The position numbers were made by a program, and so were the translations under genes. 64,000 nt of DNA from an uncultured Caulobacterales bacterium (lineage in GTDB: Bacteria > Pseudomonadota > Alphaproteobacteria > Caulobacterales > Caulobacteraceae): contig CAIQUG010000007.1 of assembly GCA_903874895.1 (NCBI GenBank), positions 24,326 to 88,325 on the forward strand, read 5' to 3'. Under the pieces are notes generated by a model that ran no database searches, was not told the DNA's origin, and saw only the letters and a program-made list of their open reading frames with translations. Position 1 is the first letter of the stretch. Each line of letters begins with the position of its first letter. Below are positions 1 to 9,144 of the stretch, one piece after another.

Positions 1-161
1 CCGGGATCAATGACCGCCACCTCGCCGGAGCCGACGATGTAGGTGCCGGTGCCAAGATAGGTGAAGGGGCCCGGATTGTTGGCCACCACCCGACGGATCA
101 GGGGGGAGACCTGATCCGGCACGCCGTAGGCGAAGGTCATCTCCTTGACGAAGGGGATCAT
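1..161 (-). CDS. MBL-fold metallo-hydrolase, N-terminal fragment only (gene runs off the window start)
   Basis: My own minus-strand translation from the ATG at 161 gives MIPFVKEMTFAYGVPDQVSPLIRRVVANNPGPFTYLGTGTYIVGSGEVAVIDPG. This is the typical N-terminus of beta-lactamase-fold hydrolases. It is absent from the ORF track because it is truncated by the window edge. Confidence 0.55.
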   Translation of the reverse strand, partial: MIPFVKEMTFAYGVPDQVSPLIRRVVANNPGPFTYLGTGTYIVGSGEVAVIDP

Positions 162-241
162 GGGGCGGTCGCGCTCCTGTTGCCGGCCCGTGGCGCCGGG
201 GTTGCCTGCCGAGGTTAGACCACCCCGGAGAAGCGCCGTCC

Positions 242-448
242 ATGGCCGTTCAAGCCGCCCTGATTGTCTCGAAACGGCTGCAGATCGTCGCTGCGGTGAT
301 CCTGTGTCTCATGCTGGCGCAACTGGTGCGCGCCGTGCTCGAGACCCCGCCGGGGACCGAGGCTGTGAGCGGCGGCGGGGCGGTGGTCCGCGTCCGCGCG
401 CCGATCCGCCTCGCCGGTGCGCCTCAGCCGAACCGGCCGGTGATGTAG
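242..448 (+). CDS. possible small single-TM hypothetical protein (68 aa)
   Basis: It is the only ORF in the pstB-MBL gap. Codon position 3 is strongly G/C-biased when read by eye. A GGAG lies about 11 nt upstream. It has the hydrophobic stretch [15 protein letters not shown]. The 3' end overlaps the pstB stop convergently. No family recognised. Confidence 0.3.
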   Translation: MAVQAALIVSKRLQIVAAVILCLMLAQLVRAVLETPPGTEAVSGGGAVVRVRAPIRLAGAPQPNRPVM

Positions 449-1233
449 TCTGCCGTCCGGGTCGCCCGGGGATTGTCGAACAGCTTGGCGGTCTGGGCGA
501 ATTCGATCAGCCGGCCCAGGAACATGAAGGCCGCATGGTCGGAGATGCGGGCCGCCTGCTGCAGGTTGTGCGTGACGATGACGATGGTGTAGTCGGCCTT
601 CAGTTCCACCAGGGTCTCTTCGAGCTTGGCGGTGGAGATCGGGTCGAGCGCCGAGGCCGGCTCGTCCAGCAGGATCACTTCCGGGCGGACGGCAATCGTC
701 CGGGCGACGCACAGGCGCTGCTGCTGACCGCCGGACAGGCCGAGACCGGAGGTGTGAAGCTTGTCCTTCACCTCGTTCCACAGCGCGGAGCGGCGCAGGC
801 TCTCCTCCACCCGCTGGTCGAGGTCGGCCTTGGAGATCTGCTCATAAAGGCGCACGCCGAAGGCCACGTTGTCGTAGATCGACATGGGGAACGGGGTCGG
901 CTGCTGGAACACCATGCCCACCCGGGCGCGCAGAAGGCTGAGGTCCATGCCCCGGTCCAGAACATTCTCGCCGTCGAGGAGCACCTGACCCTCGGCCCGC
1001 TGGCCCGGATAGAGGGCGTAGATGCGGTTCAGGGCGCGGAGCAGGGTGGACTTGCCGCAGCCGGACGGCCCGATCAGGCCGGTGATCGACTGGCGCTGGA
1101 ACGGGATCGACACGTTGTGAAGCGACTGGTTCTTCCCGTAGAAGAAGTTCAGGTTCTTCACGTCGAGCTTGATGGTGTCGGCGGGAATTTCCTCGACAAA
1201 GCTCTCGTAGACTTCGGTTTTGGAGTCGCTCAT
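424..1233 (-). CDS. pstB: phosphate ABC transporter ATP-binding protein PstB
   Basis: 269 aa. Walker [10 protein letters not shown], signature LSGGQQQRL, Walker B ILLDEP. The PstB-typical N-terminus is present ([21 protein letters not shown]). It is the last gene of the pstSCAB order. Confidence 0.95.
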   Translation of the reverse strand: MSDSKTEVYESFVEEIPADTIKLDVKNLNFFYGKNQSLHNVSIPFQRQSITGLIGPSGCGKSTLLRALNRIYALYPGQRAEGQVLLDGENVLDRGMDLSLLRARVGMVFQQPTPFPMSIYDNVAFGVRLYEQISKADLDQRVEESLRRSALWNEVKDKLHTSGLGLSGGQQQRLCVARTIAVRPEVILLDEPASALDPISTAKLEETLVELKADYTIVIVTHNLQQAARISDHAAFMFLGRLIEFAQTAKLFDNPRATRTADYITGRFG

Positions 1234-2090
1234 GACCGCTTCTGCTCCTGCGAGAGCACTCTCACAATGATGTTGATGGTAAGAACGGTGGCCGCGATCA
1301 GCAGCGCGCCGACCCAGGCCAGGCGCTGCCAGTCGTCATAGGCCGACAGGCCGAACTGGAAGATCACGGCCGGCAGGTTGGAGATCGGCTTGGTCATGTC
1401 CAGGTTCATGAACTGGTTGCCCAGTGATGTGAACAGGAGCGGGGCCGTCTCGCCGGAGATCCGGGCGAAGGCCAGAAGGGCTCCCGTGATGATCCCGCCC
1501 TGCGACGCGCGCCACAGGATCTTCTGGATCGTCACCCACATGGGAGCTCCCAGCGCCACGCCGCTTTCCCGCAGCTGCTTGGCCTGCAGCTTCAGCACGT
1601 CCTCGGTGGTGCGGGTGACAACCGGAGCCGCGATCAGCCCCAGCGCCAGGGCCCCGGCCCAGCCGTTGAAGCCGTGCACCGGCTTCACCGCGATGTAGTA
1701 GACGAACAGGCCGATCAGGATGGACGGTGCCGAGAGCAGCACGTCGTTCAGGAACCGCACGATGCTGGCATAGGCACTGGTCCAGCGGTTCAGCCCGGCA
1801 TATTCGGCGAGGAAGGTCCCCGCCAGAACGCCCACCGTCACCGCGCCGACCATGGCCACGGTGCAGAGCATCACCGAGCCGACGATGGCGTTGGCGAGAC
1901 CGCCCCGGCTGTCCGGTGCCGGGGTGGACATGGTGAAGATGTCGAGATTGATCCCCGACACGCCCTTCACCACCAAGGAGAACAGGATGGCGAAGAGGGT
2001 CATGATGGCGAGCGCCGCGGCCCCGGTGCAGAAGGTCACGAAGACGGCATTGGCGGCCTTGCGGCGGCTGCGTCGATCAAGAAGCGCCAT
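1230..2090 (-). CDS. pstA: phosphate ABC transporter permease PstA
   Basis: Polytopic permease with an EAA-like loop ([13 protein letters not shown]). The 4-nt overlap with the pstB start suggests coupling. Start trimmed to the ATG at 2090 ([12 protein letters not shown]...); the longer track ORF adds an Arg/Ser-rich extension. Confidence 0.9.
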   Translation of the reverse strand: MALLDRRSRRKAANAVFVTFCTGAAALAIMTLFAILFSLVVKGVSGINLDIFTMSTPAPDSRGGLANAIVGSVMLCTVAMVGAVTVGVLAGTFLAEYAGLNRWTSAYASIVRFLNDVLLSAPSILIGLFVYYIAVKPVHGFNGWAGALALGLIAAPVVTRTTEDVLKLQAKQLRESGVALGAPMWVTIQKILWRASQGGIITGALLAFARISGETAPLLFTSLGNQFMNLDMTKPISNLPAVIFQFGLSAYDDWQRLAWVGALLIAATVLTINIIVRVLSQEQKRS

Positions 2091-2100
2091 GGGATCCTCC

Positions 2101-3063
2101 TCAGCCGTGCTTCGGCGCGCCGAGCAGGGCGCGGGCGATCGCCAGGACGGCGAAGGTGATGACGAACAGGACGAAACCCAGCGCAATCAGGGCGGAGGTG
2201 TGCATGTCAGAGCTCGCCTCGGCGAACTCGTTGGCAATGGTCGAGGCGATGGTGGACCCCCCGTCAAACAGCCCCTTGGGGAAGGTGTGGCTGTTGCCGA
2301 TGATGAAGGTGACGGCCATGGTCTCGCCCAGAGCCCGACCGAGACCCAGCATCACCGCGCCGATGGCGCTGCGGCGGACATAGGGCAGGGTCACCGACCA
2401 GACCACCTCCATGGTGGTGCAGCCGACGCCATAGGCGCTCTCGCGCACCTTGGCAGGCACGGTCAGGAACAGTTCCCGCAGGGTGGCGGCGATGTAGGGC
2501 AGGATCATCACGGCCAGGATGATGGACGCGGCCAGGATGCCGGAGCCATTGGGAATGCCGGAGAAGATCTTCTCCTGCAGGGAGCCGGGGGGTGCCGAGG
2601 TGATCAGCGGCATTTCGACGATGTCACGGAACAGGGGCGCGAAGATGAACAGGCCCCACATGCCGTAGACGATGGAGGGGACGCCGGCCAGCAACTCCAC
2701 CGCGATGCCGATGGGACGGCGCAGCAGCGGGGGGCAGAACTCCACCAGGAAGACCGCCACGCCGAAGGCGACGGGCAGGGCCAGCGCCAGGGACAAGACC
2801 GCGGTGATCAGCGTGCCGACGATCGGTCCGGCACCGCCATAGATGTCCTGCACCGGATCCCAGTCGGAGGATGTGAAGAAGGCCAGCTTGAAATGGCTCA
2901 GCGCCGGCCAGCCGCCCACGAGAAGGGACCCGACGATCCCCGCCAGGGCGGACAGGAGCAGCGTCGCCGCGAATCCGCAGACGAGCATGAAGACCGGATC
3001 GAGGGAGGCCCCGTTCGGACGGGTGCGCTTCACGCCCAGAGACTTGGCAGGCAAGGCTGTCAT
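2101..3063 (-). CDS. pstC: phosphate ABC transporter permease PstC
   Basis: 320 aa polytopic permease (LGRALGETMAVTFIIGN) located between pstS and pstA. Confidence 0.9.
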   Translation of the reverse strand: MTALPAKSLGVKRTRPNGASLDPVFMLVCGFAATLLLSALAGIVGSLLVGGWPALSHFKLAFFTSSDWDPVQDIYGGAGPIVGTLITAVLSLALALPVAFGVAVFLVEFCPPLLRRPIGIAVELLAGVPSIVYGMWGLFIFAPLFRDIVEMPLITSAPPGSLQEKIFSGIPNGSGILAASIILAVMILPYIAATLRELFLTVPAKVRESAYGVGCTTMEVVWSVTLPYVRRSAIGAVMLGLGRALGETMAVTFIIGNSHTFPKGLFDGGSTIASTIANEFAEASSDMHTSALIALGFVLFVITFAVLAIARALLGAPKHG

Positions 3064-3131
3064 CAGATCTTCCAGTCAGCAAACGGACGCCGCAGCACAG
3101 GCTGCGACGTCCGAGAGGTAGTCTGCAACTC

Positions 3132-4157
3132 TTACTTCGAAGTATAGACCGGCTTGCCGTTCAGCGAGATGTTGGCAGCCCAGCCGGCGCGGACGGCGGT
3201 CACGGCCGACGGCGGCAGCGGGATGTAGTCCAGCTGGCGAGCGGCGGCGTCGCCGTTCTTGAAGGCCCAGTCGAAGAAGGCCAGGACCGCGGCACCATCG
3301 GCGTTGGTCTGCTTCTTGTAGACCAGGATGTAGGTCGGCGAGGTCACCGGCCAGGCGTTGCCCGGCTGGTCGAGGAGCGAGGTGGAATAGCCCGGCGCCT
3401 TGAACACGGCCTTGGCGGCGGCGGTCTGGAAGGTCTCGAAGTCCGGCTGGATGAACTGGCCGTCGTGGTCCTTGAGCTGGGTGTGCGTCAGCTTGTTGGC
3501 GTGAGCGAACACATATTCCACGTAGCCGATGGCACCCGGGGTCTGCTTCACCACGGCGGCAACGCCGTCATTGCCCTTGCCGCCCTGGCCCACCGGCCAC
3601 TTGACGTCGGTGTTGGCGCCGACCTTGGACTTCCACTCGCCGTTCTTCAGGGCGAGGTAGCTGGTCCACACATAGCTGGTGCCCGAACCGTCCGAGCGGT
3701 GCACGACGGTGACCGGCCAGTTGGGGATCTTCAGGCCCGGGTTCAGGGCGACGATCCGCGGGTCCGTCCACTTGGTGATCTTGCCGAGGAAGATGTCCGC
3801 CAGAACGTCGGCGTCCAGCTTCATCGTACCCGGCTGCACGCCCGGCAGGTTCACCACGGGCAGGATGCCGCCCATGACCGCCGGAAACTGGAACAGGCCG
3901 TTCTTCACCAGGTCTTCGTCGGACATCGGCTTGTCGGTGGCACCGAAGGCCACGGTCTTGGCAAGGATCTGCTTGATCCCGCCGCCGGAGCCGATGGCCT
4001 GGTAGTTCAGGCCGATGCCGGTCTGGGCGCGATAGCCCTCCGCCCACTTGGCATAGACCGGGGCGGGGAAGGTGGCGCCCGCGCCGGAAATGTCGCCCGC
4101 ATGGGCCACGCCCGCGAGCAGGGTCGCGCTCAGCGCAACCGCAACCATCTTGTACAT
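3132..4157 (-). CDS. pstS: phosphate-binding periplasmic protein PstS
   Basis: 341 aa. Signal peptide MYKMVAVALSATLLAGVAHA. PstS hallmarks are GAGATFPAPVYAKWA, SGGGIKQ and RSDGSGTS. GGAG RBS before the ATG. Confidence 0.95.
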   Translation of the reverse strand: MYKMVAVALSATLLAGVAHAGDISGAGATFPAPVYAKWAEGYRAQTGIGLNYQAIGSGGGIKQILAKTVAFGATDKPMSDEDLVKNGLFQFPAVMGGILPVVNLPGVQPGTMKLDADVLADIFLGKITKWTDPRIVALNPGLKIPNWPVTVVHRSDGSGTSYVWTSYLALKNGEWKSKVGANTDVKWPVGQGGKGNDGVAAVVKQTPGAIGYVEYVFAHANKLTHTQLKDHDGQFIQPDFETFQTAAAKAVFKAPGYSTSLLDQPGNAWPVTSPTYILVYKKQTNADGAAVLAFFDWAFKNGDAAARQLDYIPLPPSAVTAVRAGWAANISLNGKPVYTSK

Positions 4158-4221
4158 ATCAGTCTCCTGTCGGATGGCGACCCCACGATCACCAAGCTCC
4201 CGGATGCCATATCCGCTGCCG

Positions 4222-4239
4222 ATAGCAGTTTTGTGACGA
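4222..4239 (-). promoter_or_regulatory. candidate Pho box upstream of pstS
   Basis: The minus strand reads TCGTCAC-AAAA-CTGCTAT, two 7-mers each matching CTGTCAY at 5/7. The 4-nt A-rich spacer is typical of PhoB boxes. It lies about 65-80 nt upstream of the pstS ATG. Confidence 0.4.
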
Positions 4240-4262
4240 CCGTCCCGCCGGGGCGTGGCGTG

Positions 4263-5780
4263 TCAGCCGGAATAGAGCCCGGCGTACCGGTCCCGCAGTT
4301 GCGCCTTCTGAACCTTGCCCATCGCATTGCGGGGGAGGGATTCAACCAGCAGGACGCGTTTCGGCCGCTTGAAGGCCGCCAACTGGCTTTCCAGTGCCGC
4401 GATTATCCCCTTTTCGGAGAGTCCGGCGGCTGGCGACGCAACCACGACCGCCGTCACGCCCTCGCCGAAATCGGGGTGTTGCAATCCGATCACAGCGCTC
4501 TCGATAACGCCGGGAAGGGCGTCGATCGCCTCCTCCACCTCCTTGGGGTAGACGTTGAAGCCGCCGGTGATGATCAGGTCCTTGCCCCGGCCGACAATGG
4601 TCACATAACCGTCATGGCCGATCACACCCAGGTCGCCGGTGATGAAGAAGCCGTCGGTGCGGAACTCTGCCGCCGTCTTCTCCGGTTGGCGCCAGTAGCC
4701 GCGGAACACATTCTCCCCGCGCACCTCGATCATGCCGATCTCCCCGACGGGCAGGACGGCACCGGTCTCGGGATCGGTCAGTCTCAGCTCGACCCCGGGC
4801 AGGGGCGGGCCCACGGTCCCCGCGATTCGCGGACCCTCATAGGGATTGGACGTGTTCATGTTGGTCTCGGTCATGCCGTAGCGCTCCAGCACCCGGTGAC
4901 CGGTCAGGCCCTCCACCTCCGCATGGGTCTGGGCCAGCAGCGGCGCGGAGCCGGAGATCATCAGCCGCAGATGCCCGGTGGTCTCGCGGTTGAATCGCGG
5001 CTCCCGCACCAGCCGGGTGTAGAAGGTCGGGACGCCCATCATCGTCGTCGCCCGGGGCAAGGCGTCCAGGACCGCCCCGGCCTCGAACCGGGGCAGGAAG
5101 ATCATCGATCCGCCGGCCAGGGCCAGGATGTTGCTGGCCACGAACAGGCCGTGCGTGTGGTAGATCGGCAGGGCGTGCAGCAGGACATCATCCGCCGTGA
5201 AGCGCCAGTGGTCCTTCAGCAGCAAGGCGTTGGACAGAAGGTTCCGGTGACTGAGCATGGCCCCCTTCGACCGCCCGGTGGTGCCGGAGGTGTAGAGGAT
5301 GGCAGCGAGGTCGTCCGGCCCGCGGGACACGGTCTCAAACGCGGCCCTGCGGCCCATCGCCGCGGTCAGCAGACTGCCGGCCTGCCCATCGGTCCCCAGG
5401 GTCAGAACCCGGCAGCCGCCCCGCGTCGCGGCAGCCAGGCCTTCGGCTTCCGCCACGCGCGACGGATCCGTGACGAACAGGACCGGGTCGGCGTCACCGA
5501 GGAAATAGGCCAGCTCCGCCGCCGTGTAGGCCGTATTGAGGGGCAGGAACACCGCCCCCGTCCGAACCACGGCGAGATACAGGGCCAGGGCCTCCGGGCT
5601 CTTCTCCACATTCGATGCCACCCGGTCGCCGGGGCGGACGCCGGCCTCCACCAGCACCTGGGCCATCTGCCCGGTCAGGGTGTAGAGATCCCCGTAGGTC
5701 AGACGCCGTCCGTCGTGCGTCTCCAGCCACAGCCGGCCGGGCGCCGTGGCGGTCAGCGCATCGAACAGGACATTGGTCAT
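4263..5780 (-). CDS. matB: malonyl-CoA synthetase-like AMP-dependent ligase (MatB family)
   Basis: The N-terminus MTNVLFDAL...RPGDRVASNVEKSPEALALYLAVVRTGAVFLPLNTAYTAAELAYFLGDADP closely resembles rhizobial MatB as I recall it. AMP-binding motif YTSGTTGRSKGA is present. Its start ATG overlaps the stop of the upstream COG0523 gene (ATGA). Confidence 0.8.
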   Translation of the reverse strand: MTNVLFDALTATAPGRLWLETHDGRRLTYGDLYTLTGQMAQVLVEAGVRPGDRVASNVEKSPEALALYLAVVRTGAVFLPLNTAYTAAELAYFLGDADPVLFVTDPSRVAEAEGLAAATRGGCRVLTLGTDGQAGSLLTAAMGRRAAFETVSRGPDDLAAILYTSGTTGRSKGAMLSHRNLLSNALLLKDHWRFTADDVLLHALPIYHTHGLFVASNILALAGGSMIFLPRFEAGAVLDALPRATTMMGVPTFYTRLVREPRFNRETTGHLRLMISGSAPLLAQTHAEVEGLTGHRVLERYGMTETNMNTSNPYEGPRIAGTVGPPLPGVELRLTDPETGAVLPVGEIGMIEVRGENVFRGYWRQPEKTAAEFRTDGFFITGDLGVIGHDGYVTIVGRGKDLIITGGFNVYPKEVEEAIDALPGVIESAVIGLQHPDFGEGVTAVVVASPAAGLSEKGIIAALESQLAAFKRPKRVLLVESLPRNAMGKVQKAQLRDRYAGLYSG

Positions 5781-6826
5781 GCGGCGGCGCAGGCCTCGAA
5801 GCCCGCTCGAAGCGCAGCTTCGTCCAGGTTGCGACCGATGAACACCAGCCGGCTGTAGCGGGCCTCGTCCGCCTTCCACGGCCGCTGGAAGTCCCCCTCC
5901 AGGATCATGTGGACCGCCTGGAACACCAGCCGCCGGTCGTCGCCGGCCACGTCCATGATCCCCTTGGCCCGAAGGATGTCCGGCCCCTGGGTCTGCAGGA
6001 TGTCGTTGAGCCAGCGGGTGATCTTCGCCCCGTCGAGGGGGCGCTGCAGGGTGAGGGCGACGCCCTTGATGTCATCGTCGTGGACATGGTCATGATGGAC
6101 GTGGTCGTGGTCGTGGCCGTGGTGATGGTCATGGCCATCGTCGCAGTGCTCGTCATGCACGTGACCGGGCTCGCCGTGGGCGGGGTTGAGGAAGTCCGGT
6201 TCCAGGGTCACGATGCGGTCGAGGTCAAAGCTGCCGCGGCCCAGGATTGCCTCCAGGGGAACGTTCGAGCGCTGCGCCCGGTGGATCGGTGCCAGGGGGT
6301 TCAGGCGGCGCAGGCGCGCCTCCACCATGCGCAGGTCGTCCGCGCTCACCAGGTCGGTCTTGTTCAGCACGATCTGGTCGGCAAAGGCGATCTGCTCCCG
6401 GGCTTCGCGGCTGTCGGACAGGCGCAGCAGCACGTGCTTGGCGTCCACCACGGTGGTCACGCTGTCCAGCCGGGTGCGGGCGCGGACCTCCTCGTCGACG
6501 AAGAAGGTCTGGGCCACGGGGCCGGGGTCGGCGAGGCCCGTGGTCTCGACGATGATGGCGTCGAACCCGCCCTTGCGCCGCATCAGGCCGGTGAGGATGC
6601 GGATCAGATCCCCCCGCACCGTGCAGCAGACGCAGCCGTTGTTCATCTCGAACACTTCCTCGTCGGCGTCCACCACCAGGTCGTTGTCAATGCCGACTTC
6701 GCCGAACTCGTTGACGATGACCGCATACTTCTTGCCGTGGTTCTCCGTCAGTATCCGGTTGAGCAGGGTGGTCTTGCCGGCGCCGAGATAGCCGGTCAGC
6801 ACGGTCACGGGAACGAGGTCGGTCAT
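5777..6826 (-). CDS. COG0523/CobW-family G3E GTPase metallochaperone with a His-rich insert
   Basis: P-loop GYLGAGKTTLLN, GCVCCTVRGD (CxCC) motif, and the His/Asp tract HVHDEHCDDGHDHHHGHDHDHVHHDHVHDDD. Confidence 0.9.
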   Translation of the reverse strand: MTDLVPVTVLTGYLGAGKTTLLNRILTENHGKKYAVIVNEFGEVGIDNDLVVDADEEVFEMNNGCVCCTVRGDLIRILTGLMRRKGGFDAIIVETTGLADPGPVAQTFFVDEEVRARTRLDSVTTVVDAKHVLLRLSDSREAREQIAFADQIVLNKTDLVSADDLRMVEARLRRLNPLAPIHRAQRSNVPLEAILGRGSFDLDRIVTLEPDFLNPAHGEPGHVHDEHCDDGHDHHHGHDHDHVHHDHVHDDDIKGVALTLQRPLDGAKITRWLNDILQTQGPDILRAKGIMDVAGDDRRLVFQAVHMILEGDFQRPWKADEARYSRLVFIGRNLDEAALRAGFEACAAA

Positions 6827-6898
6827 GGGATCCTGCGGCGCCCCGGCGGGCGCGAATGAGGGGAAGGGTTGCCGTCTATGTAGGACGCGGCGACCGGC

Positions 6899-7279
6899 TT
6901 AGGAAGCGTCACCGCCGCTTCCGCGCAGGACAGCGATGCCCAGCCAGGCGAAGCCGGCGAGCATCAGCAGCCCGCCGATCGGGGTGATGGCCCCCAGGGC
7001 CCGGATGCCGGTGACGACGATGCCGTCCAGGCTCACGCCGAACACCAGGCCGCCGGTCAGCACCAGCAGCGCCGCCGTCCGCCCGCTGCGGAGCCCGGAC
7101 AGGGCCAGGATCGCCAGACCGACCGCCGCGGCGGCCAGCTGGTATTCCGCGGCCGTCCGCAGCAGAGCCCTGGCCGCTTCGTCCTTCACGCCGTGGGCCC
7201 CGAACGCACCGCCGGCCACGGCCGCGAACCCGTCCACGGCGGCCAGCAGGGTCAGGAGACGGGGAGCGGGCTCGGACAT
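6899..7279 (-). CDS. DUF423-family small membrane protein
   Basis: 126 aa with four hydrophobic helices. The GAFGAHG motif is typical of the YgdD/DUF423 family. Confidence 0.7.
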   Translation of the reverse strand: MSEPAPRLLTLLAAVDGFAAVAGGAFGAHGVKDEAARALLRTAAEYQLAAAAVGLAILALSGLRSGRTAALLVLTGGLVFGVSLDGIVVTGIRALGAITPIGGLLMLAGFAWLGIAVLRGSGGDAS

Positions 7280-7400
7280 CGGGCGACCTCGAACGGAAGC
7301 GGGGGAACGGGGCGGAAGTCTCGCACGGCGGCGGGGGCCTTCTCAACGTTTTCGGCCCGCTGGACTTTTCACTGGACCGGAAGCGCACTAACCGTCGGCC

Positions 7401-8618
7401 ATGCTGCCGTCCCTTCCCGCGCCGAAGACGACCACACCGATGACGGCGGCGGTGCGGCACGGACTGTTCTACGCCCTGGTGTATGTGGGCGTCGGTATCA
7501 GCATGCCCTATGCCCCGGTCTGGTTCCGTAGCGTGGGGCTGACCGGACCGCAGATCGGCGTGATCCTGGCGGCCCCCATGATCGGCCGGGTGGTGGCGGG
7601 CCCCCTGATCGCCATCTGGGCGGACGGCTTTCGCCTGAGAAAGACCGGCATCGCCTGGATCGCCGGTCTCACGGCGCTGGCCTATGTCATCCTGCTGCAG
7701 GTGCATGGCTTCTGGGCCTGGGCGGTGTGCTGGTTCGCCGCCGCCACGGCGATCAACGCCATCGCCCCCCTCGCCGATGTGCAGACCCTGATCGAGTCCC
7801 GGTCGAAGGGCTTCCCCTACACCCTGTCCCGGGGGTTCGGCTCTGCGGCCTATATTGTCGCCAATGTGGTCGGCGGGGCGGTGCTGGCCTCGGCCGCCAC
7901 GGCCGCGGCCATGGTCTGTGCCGCCGCCGCCGCCGGGGCCTGCGCCCTCGGCGGACTTGCGCTTCTGCCGCCGACGCCGGTCCGGGACCCGCTCCATGCC
8001 GGGCCTTCGGAAACGACCAGCCGCTGGCGCGGGACCCTCGACCTCCTGCGCCTGCGCCCGTTGATGGCCTGTCTGGTCAGTCTCAGCCTGATTCAGGGGT
8101 CTCACGCCTTCTACTACGGGTTTTCGGCGTTGAGCTGGACGGCGCACGGCGTGCCCACCCGGATGGTCGGCCTGTTGTGGGGCATGGGTGTGCTGGCGGA
8201 AGTGGTGTTCTTCTGGTGGGGGGAGGGGCTCCGGCAGCGTCTCGGTGCGTCCCGCCTGGTCCTGATCGGGGCCGTGGGCGCGGCGGTGCGCTGGACCGCG
8301 CTGGCGCTGTCGCCGCCGCTCTGGCTGCTGTTTCCACTGCAGGCGCTGCACGCCCTGACCTTCAGCGCCACCTATATCGGTGGCCTTGCCCTGGTGGAGG
8401 GGTTGAGCCCGCCGCGGGAGGCGTCGTCGGCACAGACCCTCTCGGCCTCCCTGAGCTTCGGCCTCGCCACGGGACTGGCGACCATGGCCAGCGGATGGCT
8501 CTATGCGCGCTTCCAGGGGCTCGGCTATCTGGTCATGGCCGTAATGGCGATGGCCGGTGCCCTTGTGGCCCTCGGCCTGCCCCGTCCGGCCTCAGGCCAG
8601 CAGCACACCGAGCACTGA
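7401..8618 (+). CDS. MFS transporter (MFS_1_like / HcaT-like)
   Basis: 405 aa with about 12 TM segments. The N-terminal pattern is FYALVYVGVGISMPYAPVWF...GRVVAGP. The start could instead be the internal Met at 7440. Confidence 0.75.
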   Translation: MLPSLPAPKTTTPMTAAVRHGLFYALVYVGVGISMPYAPVWFRSVGLTGPQIGVILAAPMIGRVVAGPLIAIWADGFRLRKTGIAWIAGLTALAYVILLQVHGFWAWAVCWFAAATAINAIAPLADVQTLIESRSKGFPYTLSRGFGSAAYIVANVVGGAVLASAATAAAMVCAAAAAGACALGGLALLPPTPVRDPLHAGPSETTSRWRGTLDLLRLRPLMACLVSLSLIQGSHAFYYGFSALSWTAHGVPTRMVGLLWGMGVLAEVVFFWWGEGLRQRLGASRLVLIGAVGAAVRWTALALSPPLWLLFPLQALHALTFSATYIGGLALVEGLSPPREASSAQTLSASLSFGLATGLATMASGWLYARFQGLGYLVMAVMAMAGALVALGLPRPASGQQHTEH

Positions 8619-9053
8619 AGCCACGAGCAGGCTGACGACCGCGAGGGTCAGGGCGATCCGCAGGCGGGGATACCAGTCGGGCACGTCGGGGCTGGTCACG
8701 TCCCAGACACCCGTGGCGATGAACAATGCGGCCAGGGCTCCGAGGCCCGACGCGGCATTGGAGCCCTGATCCCCGCCCATGGTCCAGAGTGCGGCCCCGA
8801 AGCCGAGGACGCTGGGGGCCATGGTCAGGGTGATCACGCCGGCGCGGGGTGCCATCCGCTGGATCTCGATCCCCCACCGGGCGCCGCCGAGAAAGGACAG
8901 GATCACCGCGCCATACAGTGCCTCGACCACCACGGCGACCTGGGACTCCTCTCCGCTGAGGAAGACGAGGGCGGTGGACGCAATGAAGGGCAGGAGCCCG
9001 GCGAGGGCATAGACCAGAGCCGGGCGGGGAACAGGTGACCGGGAGATCGTCAT
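8592..9053 (-). CDS. DUF3429-like membrane protein
   Basis: Hydrophobic protein of about 153 aa with YGAVILSFLGGARWG. Start trimmed to the ATG at 9053. Confidence 0.6.
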   Translation of the reverse strand: MTISRSPVPRPALVYALAGLLPFIASTALVFLSGEESQVAVVVEALYGAVILSFLGGARWGIEIQRMAPRAGVITLTMAPSVLGFGAALWTMGGDQGSNAASGLGALAALFIATGVWDVTSPDVPDWYPRLRIALTLAVVSLLVASVLGVLLA

Positions 9054-9144
9054 GGCAACCAAAGACTGAAAGCGAACCGAGGGGCACACTGCCAGCCCCC
9101 GGCGGGTTTTGCCAGAGGACGGCGGCGGCCGATCGGTCCGGCCG

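Noticed and set aside
6060-6160. Quasi-repetitive GTGGTC/ATGGTC tract that might have been a microsatellite or CRISPR-like repeat.
   Set aside because: It is simply the coding sequence of the His/Asp-rich insert of the COG0523 protein. There is no spacer/repeat architecture.
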